From: Motilibacteraceae bacterium
GTDB taxonomy: Bacteria > Actinomycetota > Actinomycetes > Motilibacterales > Motilibacteraceae
Direction: 5' to 3'
Assembly (NCBI GenBank): GCA_051953655.1
Contig: JBQCIO010000106.1
Location: 8,052-72,051 of the forward strand
Length of the DNA: 64,000 nucleotides
Shown here: positions 27,407-37,635 of the stretch, piece after piece
Layout: each line of letters begins with the position of its first letter
Position numbering within the stretch: position 1 is the first letter of the stretch
Translations under genes and position numbers: made by a program
Notes under the pieces: model-generated
What the model saw: the letters and a program-made list of their open reading frames with translations, nothing else
The model's database searches: none
Told to the model about the DNA's origin: nothing

Positions 27407-28579
27407 GGGGACGCCATAGCGTCAGACCTGCCCGCCGCGGTGGCGACCGCCGTCGCTCCGCTCGACCACCCGGCGGCCGTGGCCGCGCACCCGGCGGTGC
27501 AGCGGGCCGCGGTGCTCGCCCGCGTGCTGGAACCGACCGCGCAGGACGTCGACGTCGAGGGCGTCACGCGCGACCGGGTGGACCTGGTGGCCGAGGCCGG
27601 GCTGCTGGGGCTCGCCGCGCCGGCCCCCGACGGCGGCGAGGGCGCCTCGGCCGACGTCGTCCGCGCGGTCACCGAGGAGCTGTCCGGCGCCTGCGGGTCC
27701 ACCTGGTTCGTCGCCACCCAGCACGGCATGCCGCTGCAGTACGCCCTGCGCACCGAGAACGCCGCCCTGCGCGACCGCCTGCTTCCGGCCATGGGCCGCG
27801 GCGAGCTGCTGGCCGGCGTCGCCGTCTCGCACCTCCGCCGCCCTGTCACAGCCGGCGGCACTCCCCCGGTGCGCGCCCGCCGCGACGGCGACGGCTGGGT
27901 GGTGGACGGCACGGTGGGCTGGTTCACCGGCTGGGGCCTGGCCGACGTGCTCCTGCTCGGCGCCGTGACCGAGGACGCTCGCGCGCTCTTCGCGTTCCTT
28001 CCGGCCCGCGAGCAACCCGGTCTCACCCCCGGAAGCCCGATGCGGCTGGCCGCCATGGAGGCCACCGGCACCACCACGCTGCACCTGGACGGGCTGCGGA
28101 TACCGGACGCCGACGTCGCCGACCTGGCCCCGCTCGCGCCGTGGCTGGAGGCCGACGCGGCCAAGACGGCGAACGTCACGCCGGCCGTGTTCGGCCTGCT
28201 GCGCACCATCGTGCGCCGGCTGGCCGGCTGGGCCTACGCCACCGGCAGCGCCGAGGGGCTCGAGCTCGCCGCCGCCCTCGCCGCCGAGGGAGGCGGGCTG
28301 CGCAGCGAGGCGTACGGCCTGATCGACGACCTGCCGCCCGAGGCGGCCGTGGAGGACCGCCTCGCTCTGCGGGCCGCGGCGCTGGAGCTGCTCAACCGCT
28401 CTGCCGCGGCGCTGGTCGCCAGCGGCGCCGGCCTGTCGATGAGCCGGCGCTCGCCCAACCAGCGCCTCGCTCGCGAGGCGCTGTTCCACCTCATCCAGGC
28501 CCAGACCGCACCGGTGCGGGCGGCCCTGGTGCGCCGCTACGCCGACCTCGCACCCACGCTGCCCAGCCGGCCGGCCTGA
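27398..28579 (+). CDS. acyl-CoA dehydrogenase family protein
   Basis: This is the C-terminal portion of track ORF 25736-28579. It reads ...[16 protein letters not shown]...[11 protein letters not shown]...[20 protein letters not shown]...[17 protein letters not shown]. The exact start (GTG 27398 or further in) is uncertain. Confidence 0.7.
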   Translation: MSHGDAIASDLPAAVATAVAPLDHPAAVAAHPAVQRAAVLARVLEPTAQDVDVEGVTRDRVDLVAEAGLLGLAAPAPDGGEGASADVVRAVTEELSGACGSTWFVATQHGMPLQYALRTENAALRDRLLPAMGRGELLAGVAVSHLRRPVTAGGTPPVRARRDGDGWVVDGTVGWFTGWGLADVLLLGAVTEDARALFAFLPAREQPGLTPGSPMRLAAMEATGTTTLHLDGLRIPDADVADLAPLAPWLEADAAKTANVTPAVFGLLRTIVRRLAGWAYATGSAEGLELAAALAAEGGGLRSEAYGLIDDLPPEAAVEDRLALRAAALELLNRSAAALVASGAGLSMSRRSPNQRLAREALFHLIQAQTAPVRAALVRRYADLAPTLPSRPA

Positions 28580-28721
28580 CCGGCATCCCATCCGCAGGCG
28601 CACCTGCTCCGAACCGGCGTCGACACGCTGACAAACGCCCGTTGATGCGCCCGGCCTGCGCCGGCACTAGCCTTCCGCCGCCCACCCGCACCGCGCGACG
28701 GGCCAGCTGACAAGGATTCAT

Positions 28722-29960
28722 GTGACGATCGCCCCCAAGCTCGCCGCGCTGGCCGCCGGCGCCGCCCTGCTCCTCTCCGCCTGCGGCGGCTCGGGCAGCA
28801 GCGCCGCCGCGAGCAAGGCCCTGGACCCCGCCGACTGGTCATCGGTCCTGGCCGCGGCCAAGGGCCAGACGGTCAACTGGTACATGTACGGCGGCGACGA
28901 CAACCTCAACGGCTACGTCAACGGCTACGTGAAGAAGAAGGCCGCCGAGGCCGGCGTCACCCTCAACGAGGTGAAGATCAACGACACCGTCGAGGCGGTG
29001 AACAAGGTCCTCGGCGAGAAGCAGGCCGGCAAGACCTCCGGCGGTTCGGTCGACCTCATCTGGATCAACGGCGAGAACTTCGCCACCGGCAAGCAGGCCG
29101 ACCTCTGGTACTGCGGCTACCCGCAGAAGGTTCCGAACGCGACGTACTACGACTTCGGCGACCCCTCGCTCAGCACCGACTTCGGTGTGCCGGTGGACGA
29201 CTGCGAGGCGCCGTGGAACCGCGCCCAGTCCGTCCTGGTCTACGACTCGGCCAAGGTGAAGGCCGACGACGTCGACACCGTCGACAAGCTCACGACGTGG
29301 GTCGCCGCGCACCCGGGCAAGTTCACCTATCCCGCCCCGCCGGACTTCACCGGCTCGATGGCCGTGCGCACCTTCGCCTACAACGCCGCCGGCGGCTACC
29401 AGAACATCCCCGCCTACAGCCAGCAGTCCTACGACCAGCTCGCCCCCAAGGTGTGGTCCGAGCTGAACGGGCTGGAGAAGAACCTGTGGCGCGGCGGGTC
29501 GACGTACCCGAAGGACCAGCCCAGCGTCACCAAGCTCTACGGCGACGGCGAGATCGACGCGTTCCTGTCCTACGACTCCGGCTCCATCTCCGCGCAGGTG
29601 GACAAGGGCGCGTTCCCGGCCACCACCCGCGAGCTGGTGTTCGAGGAAGGCACCATCGGCAACGTCAACTACGTGTCGATCCCGAAGAACGCCGGGCACC
29701 TGGCCGGGGCGATGGTCGTGGCGAACATCCTCATGAGCCCCGACGCCCAGTACGAGAAGCTGGCCAACCCGCCGGGCTACTACCCGGCCCTCGACGTCGA
29801 CAAGCTCGACGCCACGGACAAGCAGAAGTTCACCTCGCTCAAGACCCCCGAGTCGCAGCTGCCGTTCTCCGAGCAGACGAAGAACGCCAACCCCGAGCTG
29901 CCCAAAGCGTGGCTCGAGGCGCTGGAGAAAGGCTGGACCGCCGAGGTGGAGCAGAAGTAG
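28722..29960 (+). CDS. ABC transporter substrate-binding lipoprotein (PotD/AfuA/YnjB-like class)
   Basis: 412 aa with a lipobox signal, AALLLSAC|GGSGSS. The mature domain reads GQTVNWYMYGGDDNLNGYVNGYV...VDLIWINGENF. It is the first gene of the operon. Confidence 0.85.
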   Translation: MTIAPKLAALAAGAALLLSACGGSGSSAAASKALDPADWSSVLAAAKGQTVNWYMYGGDDNLNGYVNGYVKKKAAEAGVTLNEVKINDTVEAVNKVLGEKQAGKTSGGSVDLIWINGENFATGKQADLWYCGYPQKVPNATYYDFGDPSLSTDFGVPVDDCEAPWNRAQSVLVYDSAKVKADDVDTVDKLTTWVAAHPGKFTYPAPPDFTGSMAVRTFAYNAAGGYQNIPAYSQQSYDQLAPKVWSELNGLEKNLWRGGSTYPKDQPSVTKLYGDGEIDAFLSYDSGSISAQVDKGAFPATTRELVFEEGTIGNVNYVSIPKNAGHLAGAMVVANILMSPDAQYEKLANPPGYYPALDVDKLDATDKQKFTSLKTPESQLPFSEQTKNANPELPKAWLEALEKGWTAEVEQK

Positions 29961-29982
29961 CCGAGCAGACCTAGCGCTGACC

Positions 29983-30924
29983 GTGACCACCGTGCTGCAG
30001 CCGACGGCGACCGCGACCTCTCCGGGTCCCGGCCGCCGCCGGCTGCTGCCACGGCAGCCGCTGCCCCGGCCCCTGCGCACCGCGCTGCTGCTCGCCCCCG
30101 CACTCCTCGTGGTGGTGGTGCTGTTCCTGGGCGGGCTCGTCCTGGGAGCGCTGCAGTCATTCGGCTACCAGCCGTTCCTGCCCGGCTGGCACTGGACCCT
30201 GTCCAGCTACACCGGCCTGTGGCACGACCCGGCGGTGCGCGCCTCGCTGGCCCTGACCCTGCGGGTGTCGGTGCTGGCGACCGCCGTGTCCGCGGTGCTG
30301 GCGGTGGCCTGCGCGCTGCTGATCCGCCGCACGCGGCGCGGCAGGCACGCGCTGACGGTGCTGTTCCAGTCCACGCTTCCGGTGCCGCACGTCGTCGGCG
30401 CGGTGGCGATGCTGCTGCTGCTCGGCCAGAGCGGGTTCCTGGCGCGGCTCCTGCACGTCGTCGGGCTCGTCGGCGCGCCGGCGTCCGCCCCGGCCCTGGT
30501 CGCCGACGGCTTCGGCTGGGGGATCCTCGCGGAGTACGTCTGGAAGGAGACCCCGTTCATCGGCGTCGTCGTGCTGGCCGCGCTCTCGCGCGGGGTGGAC
30601 GAGCTCGAGGACGTAGCCCGGGTGCTCGGCGCGACCGCGTGGCAGCGGTTCCGCTCGGTCACCCTGCCCCTGGTCGCGCCCGCGGTGCTGTCCGGCTCGG
30701 TCATCGTGCTCGCCTTCGCCTTCGGCTCCTACGAGGTGCCGTACCTGCTCGGCCGCACCTACCCCGCCACGCTGCCGGTCGTGGCCTACCAGCGGTTCAC
30801 CGACTCGGACCTCACCGCCCGCCCGCAGGCGATGGCCATCAGCATGGTCGTCGCCCTGGTCGCGACCGTGCTGGTGCTGGCCTACGTGCGCATCACCGCG
30901 TCGCTGCTGGGCAGGCGCTCGTGA
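29983..30924 (+). CDS. ABC transporter permease
   Basis: 313 aa with about 6 TM segments and an EAA-like loop (LEDVARVLGATAWQRFRSVTLPLVAP). Confidence 0.88.
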   Translation: MTTVLQPTATATSPGPGRRRLLPRQPLPRPLRTALLLAPALLVVVVLFLGGLVLGALQSFGYQPFLPGWHWTLSSYTGLWHDPAVRASLALTLRVSVLATAVSAVLAVACALLIRRTRRGRHALTVLFQSTLPVPHVVGAVAMLLLLGQSGFLARLLHVVGLVGAPASAPALVADGFGWGILAEYVWKETPFIGVVVLAALSRGVDELEDVARVLGATAWQRFRSVTLPLVAPAVLSGSVIVLAFAFGSYEVPYLLGRTYPATLPVVAYQRFTDSDLTARPQAMAISMVVALVATVLVLAYVRITASLLGRRS

Positions 30925-31727
30925 GGCGCGCCGTCGGGGTGCCCCTGCTGCTGCTCGGGCTGCTGGTGCCGTTCGTGCCGCTGGTCGTCTGGGCCTTCTC
31001 CGCCACCTGGCGCTTCCCCGCGCTGCTGCCGCAGCGCTACAGCCTGCGTCCCCTGCGGATCGTCTCCGACCCCTCGTCGGACGTGCTCACCGGGCTGGTG
31101 ACCTCGACGACGATCGCCGTCGTCGTCGCCCTGGTGTCCGGCGCCGTCGGGCTGGCCGCCGGACGGGCGCTCGGGCTGCACTCGTTCCGCGGGCGGCGGC
31201 TGGTGCAGTTCCTGCTGCTGGCGCCGGTGATCGTGCCCGGCATCGCGGTGAGCGTCGGGATCCAGGTCATCTTCATCCGCTACGGACTCGCCGACACCGT
31301 GCCCGGCGTGGTGCTGGCCCACCTCATCCCGACCACCCCCTACGTGTGCCTGGTGATGGCCAGCACGTTCGCCGGGTTCGACACCTCCTTCGAGGATCAG
31401 GCGAGAGTGCTCGGCGCCTCCCCCTGGCAGGTGCTGCGGCACGTCACGCTGCCGGCGGTGCTGCCGGGGCTCGCCGTGGCGATGACCTTCGCGTTCCTCA
31501 TCTCCTGGAGCGAGTACGTCCTGACGCTGCTCATCGGCGGCGGGGTGGTGAAGACGCTGCCGCTGCTGCTGTTCGCCTACGTCGGCAGCTCGGACACTCC
31601 CGTGGCGGCGATGCTCTCGCTCGTCGTGGTGCTGCCGCCGCTGCTGCTGCTGGTGCTCACCTCGCGGGCGCTCGCCGGCCGCGGCGCCGCACCGACGGGC
31701 GCTGTCGTCGGGCTGGGAGGCTTGTGA
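30921..31727 (+). CDS. ABC transporter permease (second)
   Basis: Trimmed from 30219-31727 to GTG 30921, which forms a GTGA overlap. It has an EAA loop (FEDQARVLGASPWQVLRHVTLPAVLP) and is polytopic. Confidence 0.85.
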   Translation: MRRAVGVPLLLLGLLVPFVPLVVWAFSATWRFPALLPQRYSLRPLRIVSDPSSDVLTGLVTSTTIAVVVALVSGAVGLAAGRALGLHSFRGRRLVQFLLLAPVIVPGIAVSVGIQVIFIRYGLADTVPGVVLAHLIPTTPYVCLVMASTFAGFDTSFEDQARVLGASPWQVLRHVTLPAVLPGLAVAMTFAFLISWSEYVLTLLIGGGVVKTLPLLLFAYVGSSDTPVAAMLSLVVVLPPLLLLVLTSRALAGRGAAPTGAVVGLGGL

Positions 31728-31728
31728 G

Positions 31729-32775
31729 GTGACCGGCAGCACGCACGTCGCCCTGCGCGGCCTGGTGAAGCGCTACGACGGGACGTCGGAGAACGTCGTC
31801 GACGGCGTCGATCTCGACCTCGAGCGCGGCACGCTCACCACCCTGCTCGGGCCCAGCGGGTGCGGGAAGACCACCGCGCTCAAGCTGCTCGCCGGGCTGC
31901 TCGAACCCACCGGCGGGGACATCCTCTTCAACGGCACGTCCGTCGTGGGACTCCCGGCCGAGCGCCGGCCGGTCGCCATGGTGTTCCAGAAGCCCTTGCT
32001 GTTCCCGCACCTCTCGGTCGGCGAGAACGTGGCCTTCGGGCTGCGGATGCGCCGGGTGCCGGCCGCCGAACGGCGCCGGCGGGTGGCCGAGATGCTCGAG
32101 CTGGTGCGGCTGCCCGGCTATGAGGGGCGCCGCGCCGGCGAGCTCTCCGGCGGCCAGGAGCCGCGGGTGTCGCTGGCACGCCCACTGGTGGTGGAGCCGC
32201 AGGTGCTGCTGCTGGACGAGCCGCTCTCCCAGCTCGACGCCGGGTTGCGGGTGGAGATGCGAGACCTGGTGCGGCGGGTCCAGCGCGAGGTCGGGGTGAC
32301 CACGCTGTTCGTGACCCACGACCAGGAGGAGGCTGTCGCCGTGTCCGACCGGGTGGCTCTGATGCTGGACGGGAAGGTCGAGCAGGAGGGCGCGCCCGAG
32401 GTGTTCTACGAGCGGCCGGCGTCCCTGCGGGTGGCCCGGTTCTTCGGCACCGCCAACCTGGTCCCCGGGTCGGTGCGCGCCGGCTGGTGGCAGGGACCGC
32501 TGGGACCGGTGGCCGCGCCCGAGGTGCCCGACGGGCCGGCGACGCTCGTGGTCCGCCAGGAGGCGCTGGCCGTCTCCACGGCTGCAGACGCGCCGGGCCT
32601 GCCGGCCACAGTCGTCGAGAGCCGCTACCTCGGCACGGCCTGGGACCTGCAGCTCGCCGTCGGGGGGACGACGCTCCGTGCGGTGACTCCCCCGACGGCC
32701 AAGGCCGCCCCGGGCGACGAGGTGCGCGTGTCGCTTCCCGAGGCCCACGGGCACGTCCTGGGCGGTCACCCGTGA
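31729..32775 (+). CDS. ABC transporter ATP-binding protein with C-terminal TOBE-like domain
   Basis: Walker A is GPSGCGKTT, the signature is LSGGQEPRV and Walker B is LLLDEPLS. It also has the H-loop VTHDQEEA and a C-terminal beta domain. Confidence 0.93.
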   Translation: MTGSTHVALRGLVKRYDGTSENVVDGVDLDLERGTLTTLLGPSGCGKTTALKLLAGLLEPTGGDILFNGTSVVGLPAERRPVAMVFQKPLLFPHLSVGENVAFGLRMRRVPAAERRRRVAEMLELVRLPGYEGRRAGELSGGQEPRVSLARPLVVEPQVLLLDEPLSQLDAGLRVEMRDLVRRVQREVGVTTLFVTHDQEEAVAVSDRVALMLDGKVEQEGAPEVFYERPASLRVARFFGTANLVPGSVRAGWWQGPLGPVAAPEVPDGPATLVVRQEALAVSTAADAPGLPATVVESRYLGTAWDLQLAVGGTTLRAVTPPTAKAAPGDEVRVSLPEAHGHVLGGHP

Positions 32776-33596
32776 CCCGCGCCTGGCGCGTGCTCGGCGC
32801 GGACTGGAACCACTGGCCGGACGGGCTCGACGACCTCGCTACCTGGGAGCTGCTGGCCGGGCTCGGCGTGGCCGGTGTGGAGGTGGGCGTCTACGTCGCC
32901 TCCGTCGAGCTCTCCCCGCGGCGCACCGCAGCCCGTGCCGCGGCAGCCGAACGGACCGGGCTGCCGGTGGCCTCGGTCCTGCTGTCGCTCCCGGCGGCCC
33001 GCTGGCCCGGCGGCGCGCTGACCCACCCGGGCCCGGCCGTGCGCGAGCGCCTGGTGGCCGAGGTGTCGGCGTGCGCCGGGGCGGTGCGCTCGCTGGGCCT
33101 GGACCGTCTCGGCCTATGGCCCGGCGCGGACCTCTTCGACGCCGCGTGGGAGCTGCTGGTCGGCACCCTGGCCCGGGCCCGCGACGCGGCCGCCGCGCAC
33201 GAGGTGCTGGTCGACGTCGAGTACAAGCCGGGAACGGTGGTGCCTGACTGCACCGCCGCGCTGCGGCTGGCGAAGGACGTCCCCGGCACGGGTGTGCTGC
33301 TGGACACCGGGCACGCCTGGGCGCTCGGCGAGGACCCGGCCGAGTCGGTGCGCCGGCTCGGGCCGCTGCTCACCGGTGTGCACCTGGGCGATGCGAACCC
33401 GGGCCGGTCCGACGACGACCTGCCGCTCGGGCGGGTGCATGACGTGGCCGCGCTGGTCCGCGCGCTGGACGACACCGGCTACGCCGGCACCGCGGCGTTC
33501 GACCTCTACGGCGCGGTGTCCGAGGCCGGGCAGAGCGGCGAGTCCGCGGTGGCCGAGTCGCTCGCTGCGCTGCGCGGCGCGGGGTGGGCGCCGTGA
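32772..33596 (+). CDS. sugar phosphate isomerase/epimerase (xylose-isomerase-like TIM barrel)
   Basis: Trimmed from 32487-33596 to GTG 32772, which forms a GTGA overlap. It contains VDVEYKPGT, VLLDTGHAW and GVHLGDANPG, the typical AP_endonuc_2 metal-ligand motifs. Confidence 0.75.
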   Translation: MTRAWRVLGADWNHWPDGLDDLATWELLAGLGVAGVEVGVYVASVELSPRRTAARAAAAERTGLPVASVLLSLPAARWPGGALTHPGPAVRERLVAEVSACAGAVRSLGLDRLGLWPGADLFDAAWELLVGTLARARDAAAAHEVLVDVEYKPGTVVPDCTAALRLAKDVPGTGVLLDTGHAWALGEDPAESVRRLGPLLTGVHLGDANPGRSDDDLPLGRVHDVAALVRALDDTGYAGTAAFDLYGAVSEAGQSGESAVAESLAALRGAGWAP

Positions 33597-34597
33597 GGGC
33601 GCTGGTCGCCCACGGTCCCGGCTCCTACGCGGTGCAGGAGGGTCCCGAGCCGGAGCTCGTGGCGGGCGGGCTGCTGGTCGAGGTGGAGGCGGCCGGCGTG
33701 TGCGCCGCGGACCGCATGCTCTGGACCGGCAGGCACCCGTGGGGCGAGCTGCCCTGGCCGTTCGTGCCCGGGCACGAGCTGCTCGGCCGCGTGGTCGCCT
33801 CGTCCCGCGACGACGTCGCCGTCGGCACCCGGATGACGGCCGAGGTGAAGGTGCCGTGCGGCGCCTGCGGAATGTGCCGTCGCGGACGGCCGCACCTGTG
33901 CGCCACCGGCCCGCACCTCGGCTCGGGCATCCCCGGCGCCTTCGCCGAGCGGCTGGCCCTCCCGCCGGGAGCGCTCGTGCACGCGGTGCCCGACGCGCTG
34001 CCGCGGGAGGTCGCGGTGCTGGCCGAACCCTCGGCGTGCGCGGTGCACGCCGTGCAGCGGGGCAGCGTGCAGCCCGGCGACGACGTGCTGGTGTGGGGGC
34101 TCGGCCCGGTGGGGGCGCTGGCGGGGCTCGCGGCGCGGGCCGCGGGGGCGGGCCGGGTCCGGGTCGTGGTCCGGTCGCGGGCCAAGGCGGACCTGGCGCG
34201 GTCGCTCGGGCTGCCGCCGGTGCTCCTCGACGACGTCCCTGCCTCCCCCGCCGACGGCGTCGATGCCCCCGACGTCGTCGTCGAGTGCAGCGGCGACGGC
34301 GACGCCGCGGTCCGGGCGGTCCACGCCGTCGCACCCGGCGGGGTCGTCGTCCTCTACTCGGTCTACCGGGAGCCGGTCCCCCTCGACCTCAACCTGCTGG
34401 CCGAGCACAAGGGGATCGACGTGCGCGGCGGGCACCTGGCGCCCGGCGCCTTCCCCGCTGCCGTCGCGATGCTCTCCGACCCCGTGCTCTCCGACGTGCT
34501 GTCGGAGCTGGTGACGGCGGTCCGCCCGCTGAGAGACTTCCGAGCGGCGCTCGACCCCTCGAAGACCCCGAGACTGAAGGAGGTGCTCGTCCCGTGA
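33584..34597 (+). CDS. zinc-dependent alcohol/polyol dehydrogenase (MDR family)
   Basis: It has GVCAADR, PFVPGHELLGRV and the structural Zn cluster CGACGMCRRGRPHLC, plus the Rossmann motif VWGLGPVGALA. GTG 33593, which forms a GTGA overlap with the upstream stop, is the more likely start. Confidence 0.88.
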   Translation: MGAVRALVAHGPGSYAVQEGPEPELVAGGLLVEVEAAGVCAADRMLWTGRHPWGELPWPFVPGHELLGRVVASSRDDVAVGTRMTAEVKVPCGACGMCRRGRPHLCATGPHLGSGIPGAFAERLALPPGALVHAVPDALPREVAVLAEPSACAVHAVQRGSVQPGDDVLVWGLGPVGALAGLAARAAGAGRVRVVVRSRAKADLARSLGLPPVLLDDVPASPADGVDAPDVVVECSGDGDAAVRAVHAVAPGGVVVLYSVYREPVPLDLNLLAEHKGIDVRGGHLAPGAFPAAVAMLSDPVLSDVLSELVTAVRPLRDFRAALDPSKTPRLKEVLVP

Positions 34598-35280
34598 GCT
34601 ACCCCACCGGCGACGTCCGCGACCTGCTCGCGCACGTCGGCCGTGAGGCCGTGCGGGCCGGCCTGGTGATCGGCAGCGGCGGCAACCTGTCCGCCCGCGA
34701 GCCCGGCGCCGAGGCCTGCTGGGTGACCGCGAGCGGGACGTGGCTGGACCGGCTGGACCGCGAGTCGTTCAGCCTGGTGCGCATCGCCGACGGGGCCGTC
34801 CTGGACGGCAACCCCAAGCCGTCCAGCGAGGTGCTCCTGCACCTGCACACCTACCGGCGCCGGGACGACGTCAACGCGCTGGTGCACCTGCACCCGCAGA
34901 CGTCGGTGCTGCTGGACGCGATGGGCTACGACGTCTCGCTGGTCACCATCGACCACGCCTACTACCTGCGCGAGGTGCGCCGCACGCCGTTCGTGCAGTC
35001 CGGCACCGAGGAACTGGCGGTCACCGGAGCCGAGGCGGTGGCCGACGGCGCCAACGCGGTGGTCCTGGGGCACCACGGGTGCTCGGTGCTCGGCGGCACC
35101 GTGGAGGAGGCGCACAAGCGCGCCTTCAACCTGGAGGAGGCGGCCAAGGCGACCTACGCCGCGCTCGTGCTCACCGGGGGCGACGCCTCGAAGGTGCCGA
35201 GCTGCCCCCCGGAGTACCTGGAGACGGTGCGGCGCAACGAGAACGCCGCGGCCGACGGCGGGGTCACCGCGGGTGCGTGA
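34594..35280 (+). CDS. class II aldolase/adducin-family protein (aldolase or 4-epimerase)
   Basis: Trimmed from 33292-35280 to GTG 34594, which forms a GTGA overlap. It contains GSGGNLSAR, KPSSEVLLHLHTY, VHLHP and VVLGHHG, the metal-binding His pattern. Confidence 0.85.
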   Translation: MSYPTGDVRDLLAHVGREAVRAGLVIGSGGNLSAREPGAEACWVTASGTWLDRLDRESFSLVRIADGAVLDGNPKPSSEVLLHLHTYRRRDDVNALVHLHPQTSVLLDAMGYDVSLVTIDHAYYLREVRRTPFVQSGTEELAVTGAEAVADGANAVVLGHHGCSVLGGTVEEAHKRAFNLEEAAKATYAALVLTGGDASKVPSCPPEYLETVRRNENAAADGGVTAGA

Positions 35281-36664
35281 GGTCGTCCTCTGCGTCGACC
35301 TGGGAGGCTCCGCGGCGAAGGTGAGCACGGTCGGGGCGGACGGCCAGGTGCGCACCGACGTCGTCGAGCTGCCGCTCGACCGGCAGGGGCACCGGGTGGA
35401 GGCGGACCTCGCCGCCTGGTGGGGGTTGCTGGCCGACCGTCCCTCGGTGCTGCGGGACGACGAGCAGGTGCGCGCCGTCGTCGTCGCCTCGCTGCGCCAG
35501 GGCTACGTGCTCACCGACGGCATGTCGGAGATCGCGCCGGCCGTGCTGAACAGCGACCGCCGCGGAGCGCCGGCGCTCCGCCGGCTGCGCGAGATCGACG
35601 ACCTGTACGAGCTCACCGGCCACTGGGCCGCACCCGAGCTCACCCTGCCCAAGCTGCTCGTCACCGCCGAGCGCCGGCCGGAGCTGTGGCGGCGCACCGA
35701 GCGGGTGCTGTTCCTGCACGACTGGCTGGTCTGGCGGCTGACCGGCGTCGAGGTCACCGAGGTGTCCTATGCCTGCGCCGGGCAGCTGGCCGACGTCGAC
35801 GCCCGGACCTGGGCCAAAGACCTGTTGGAGCGGCTGGGGCTCGGGACCGGGTGGTGCGCGCCGCTGGTGGAGGCCGGAACCGTCGTCGGCGCGACCCGTC
35901 AGCCGTTCCTCGGCGCCCCCGCGGGCACGCCGGTGGTGGCCGGGTGCGGTGACACCCAGCTGGCGGCGATGGCCGCGGGCGGATTGGGCGACGGCGTCGT
36001 GACCGTGGTGGCCGGGTCCAGCACCCCGGTGCAGGCCGCGACCGCGGCGCCGGTCCGGGACCCGCTGCGGCACCCGTGGCTCTCGACCCATGCGCGGCCG
36101 GACCGGTGGGCGGCCGAGACGAACTGCGGCTACCCCGGCACGATGCAGGGCTGGGGCGCTGGGCTGATGGGAGCCGCTCCGTCGGGCGAGCCCGGCGCGC
36201 GCGGTGTCGTCGCGGTCACGGGCGCGCCGGCCTGGACCGAGGAGGGCTGGGCGGTCAAGGCGCCGATGTCCCTGGTCGGGCTGCGCCCGGACACCACCGC
36301 CGCCGACGTCGCCCAGGCGCTGCTCGAGGCGCACCTGGCCACGATCCGCGCCAACGTGGAGGACCTCGAGCGGGCGCTGGGGCGGGACGCTGCGGAGGTG
36401 GTGCTGGCCGGCGGGGCGGCCGAGCGGGACCCTCGCTTCGCCACGGAGCTCTCCCGGATGCTGGGGCGGCCGATCCGGGTCGCACGGTCCGACGCGGCCG
36501 CCGCTGCCTGGCAGCTGGCCACCGGCGAGCAGCTGCCGGTGCGGGCCGAGCTGGTGGAGCCGAGCGGGACCGGGGCGTACGAGTCGTCCTACGCTCGCTA
36601 CCTCGAGGTGTGGGGGGCACTGCGCGCGGCGCTGCCCGAGCAGGACGAGGAGGCGCAGGCGTGA
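35273..36664 (+). CDS. FGGY-family carbohydrate kinase
   Basis: 463 aa with VLCVDLGGSAAKV at the N-terminus, then GCGDTQLAAMAAG and VLAGGAAERDP. It overlaps the upstream gene by 8 nt. Confidence 0.85.
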   Translation: MREVVLCVDLGGSAAKVSTVGADGQVRTDVVELPLDRQGHRVEADLAAWWGLLADRPSVLRDDEQVRAVVVASLRQGYVLTDGMSEIAPAVLNSDRRGAPALRRLREIDDLYELTGHWAAPELTLPKLLVTAERRPELWRRTERVLFLHDWLVWRLTGVEVTEVSYACAGQLADVDARTWAKDLLERLGLGTGWCAPLVEAGTVVGATRQPFLGAPAGTPVVAGCGDTQLAAMAAGGLGDGVVTVVAGSSTPVQAATAAPVRDPLRHPWLSTHARPDRWAAETNCGYPGTMQGWGAGLMGAAPSGEPGARGVVAVTGAPAWTEEGWAVKAPMSLVGLRPDTTAADVAQALLEAHLATIRANVEDLERALGRDAAEVVLAGGAAERDPRFATELSRMLGRPIRVARSDAAAAAWQLATGEQLPVRAELVEPSGTGAYESSYARYLEVWGALRAALPEQDEEAQA

Positions 36665-37635
36665 AGGCCGTCGTGACCTGTGAGCTGACGGACGAGGGTG
36701 CGCGGTCCTTGCGCGAGCTGGGCTTCGACGTCGACCGCACCGGCTGGGGGGCGACCCGGCAGCCGCTGGACGCCGCCGAGTACGCCGGCGCGGCGGCCGG
36801 CGCCCGCCTGCTGCTCACCGAGATCGAGACGGTGGGCGCCGCGGTGCTCGACGCCTGTGCCGACCTGATCGCGGTGGGCACCGCCCGTGGCGGGCCGGTG
36901 AACGTCGACATCGTCGAGTGCAGCCGGCGTGGTCTGCCCGTGCTGTTCACCCCCGCCCGCAACGCCGAGTCGGTGGCCGACTTCGTCGTCGGCCTGCTGC
37001 TCGGCCTGGTGCGGGGGGTGGTCGCCGGCGAACGGCATCTGCGCTCGGTCGGCTGGGGCGTGCCCACCCGCTACGGCGAGGAGCTGCCCTACCTGCACTT
37101 CCGCGGGCCGGAGCTGTCGCGCCTCACGGTCGGCCTGGTCGGCTACGGCGCCGTGGGCCGGGCGGTGGCCCGGCGGCTGCAGGGCGGGTTCGGCACCGAC
37201 GTGCTGTTCCACGACCCGAACGTGGAGGGATCGGTCCCGCTCCAGCAGCTGCTCGCGCAGAGTGACGTGGTGTCGCTGCACTGCCCGCGCCGGCCGGAGA
37301 CGCAGCGGCTGATGCGCGCCGAGACGTTCGCCCTCATGAAGCCGGGGTCCTGGCTGGTGAACACCGCCGGCGGCGCGTGCGTGGACGAGGACGACCTCGT
37401 CGCGGCGCTCGACGCGGGGCAGCTGGCCGGCGCCGCACTGGACGTCTTCGACACCGAGCCGCTGCCGCGGGAATCCCCGCTGCTGCGGCGGGCCGACGTC
37501 GTGCTCACCCCGCACCTGGCCGGGGCCGCCGACGACGTCGTGCGCCACCACACCGAGATGCTGGTCGGCGACGTCGCCCGGCTGCTGCGCGGCGAACGCC
37601 CGCTGCACTGCGCCAACCCGGAGGTGCTCGCGTGA
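36661..37635 (+). CDS. D-isomer-specific 2-hydroxyacid dehydrogenase
   Basis: Trimmed from 36076-37635 to GTG 36661, which forms a GTGA overlap. It contains GLVGYGAVGRAVARRL, LVNTAGGACVDEDDL, AALDVFDTEP and TPHLAGA. Confidence 0.88.
   Translation: MKAVVTCELTDEGARSLRELGFDVDRTGWGATRQPLDAAEYAGAAAGARLLLTEIETVGAAVLDACADLIAVGTARGGPVNVDIVECSRRGLPVLFTPARNAESVADFVVGLLLGLVRGVVAGERHLRSVGWGVPTRYGEELPYLHFRGPELSRLTVGLVGYGAVGRAVARRLQGGFGTDVLFHDPNVEGSVPLQQLLAQSDVVSLHCPRRPETQRLMRAETFALMKPGSWLVNTAGGACVDEDDLVAALDAGQLAGAALDVFDTEPLPRESPLLRRADVVLTPHLAGAADDVVRHHTEMLVGDVARLLRGERPLHCANPEVLA

Noticed and set aside
33114-34334. 406-aa minus-strand Arg/Pro-rich ORF, plus the plus-strand ORF 33292-35280
   Set aside because: The minus ORF overlaps the isomerase and Zn-ADH genes and is essentially poly-Arg/Pro/Ala. 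Only the last 228 codons of the plus ORF (34594-35280, class II aldolase) are credible.
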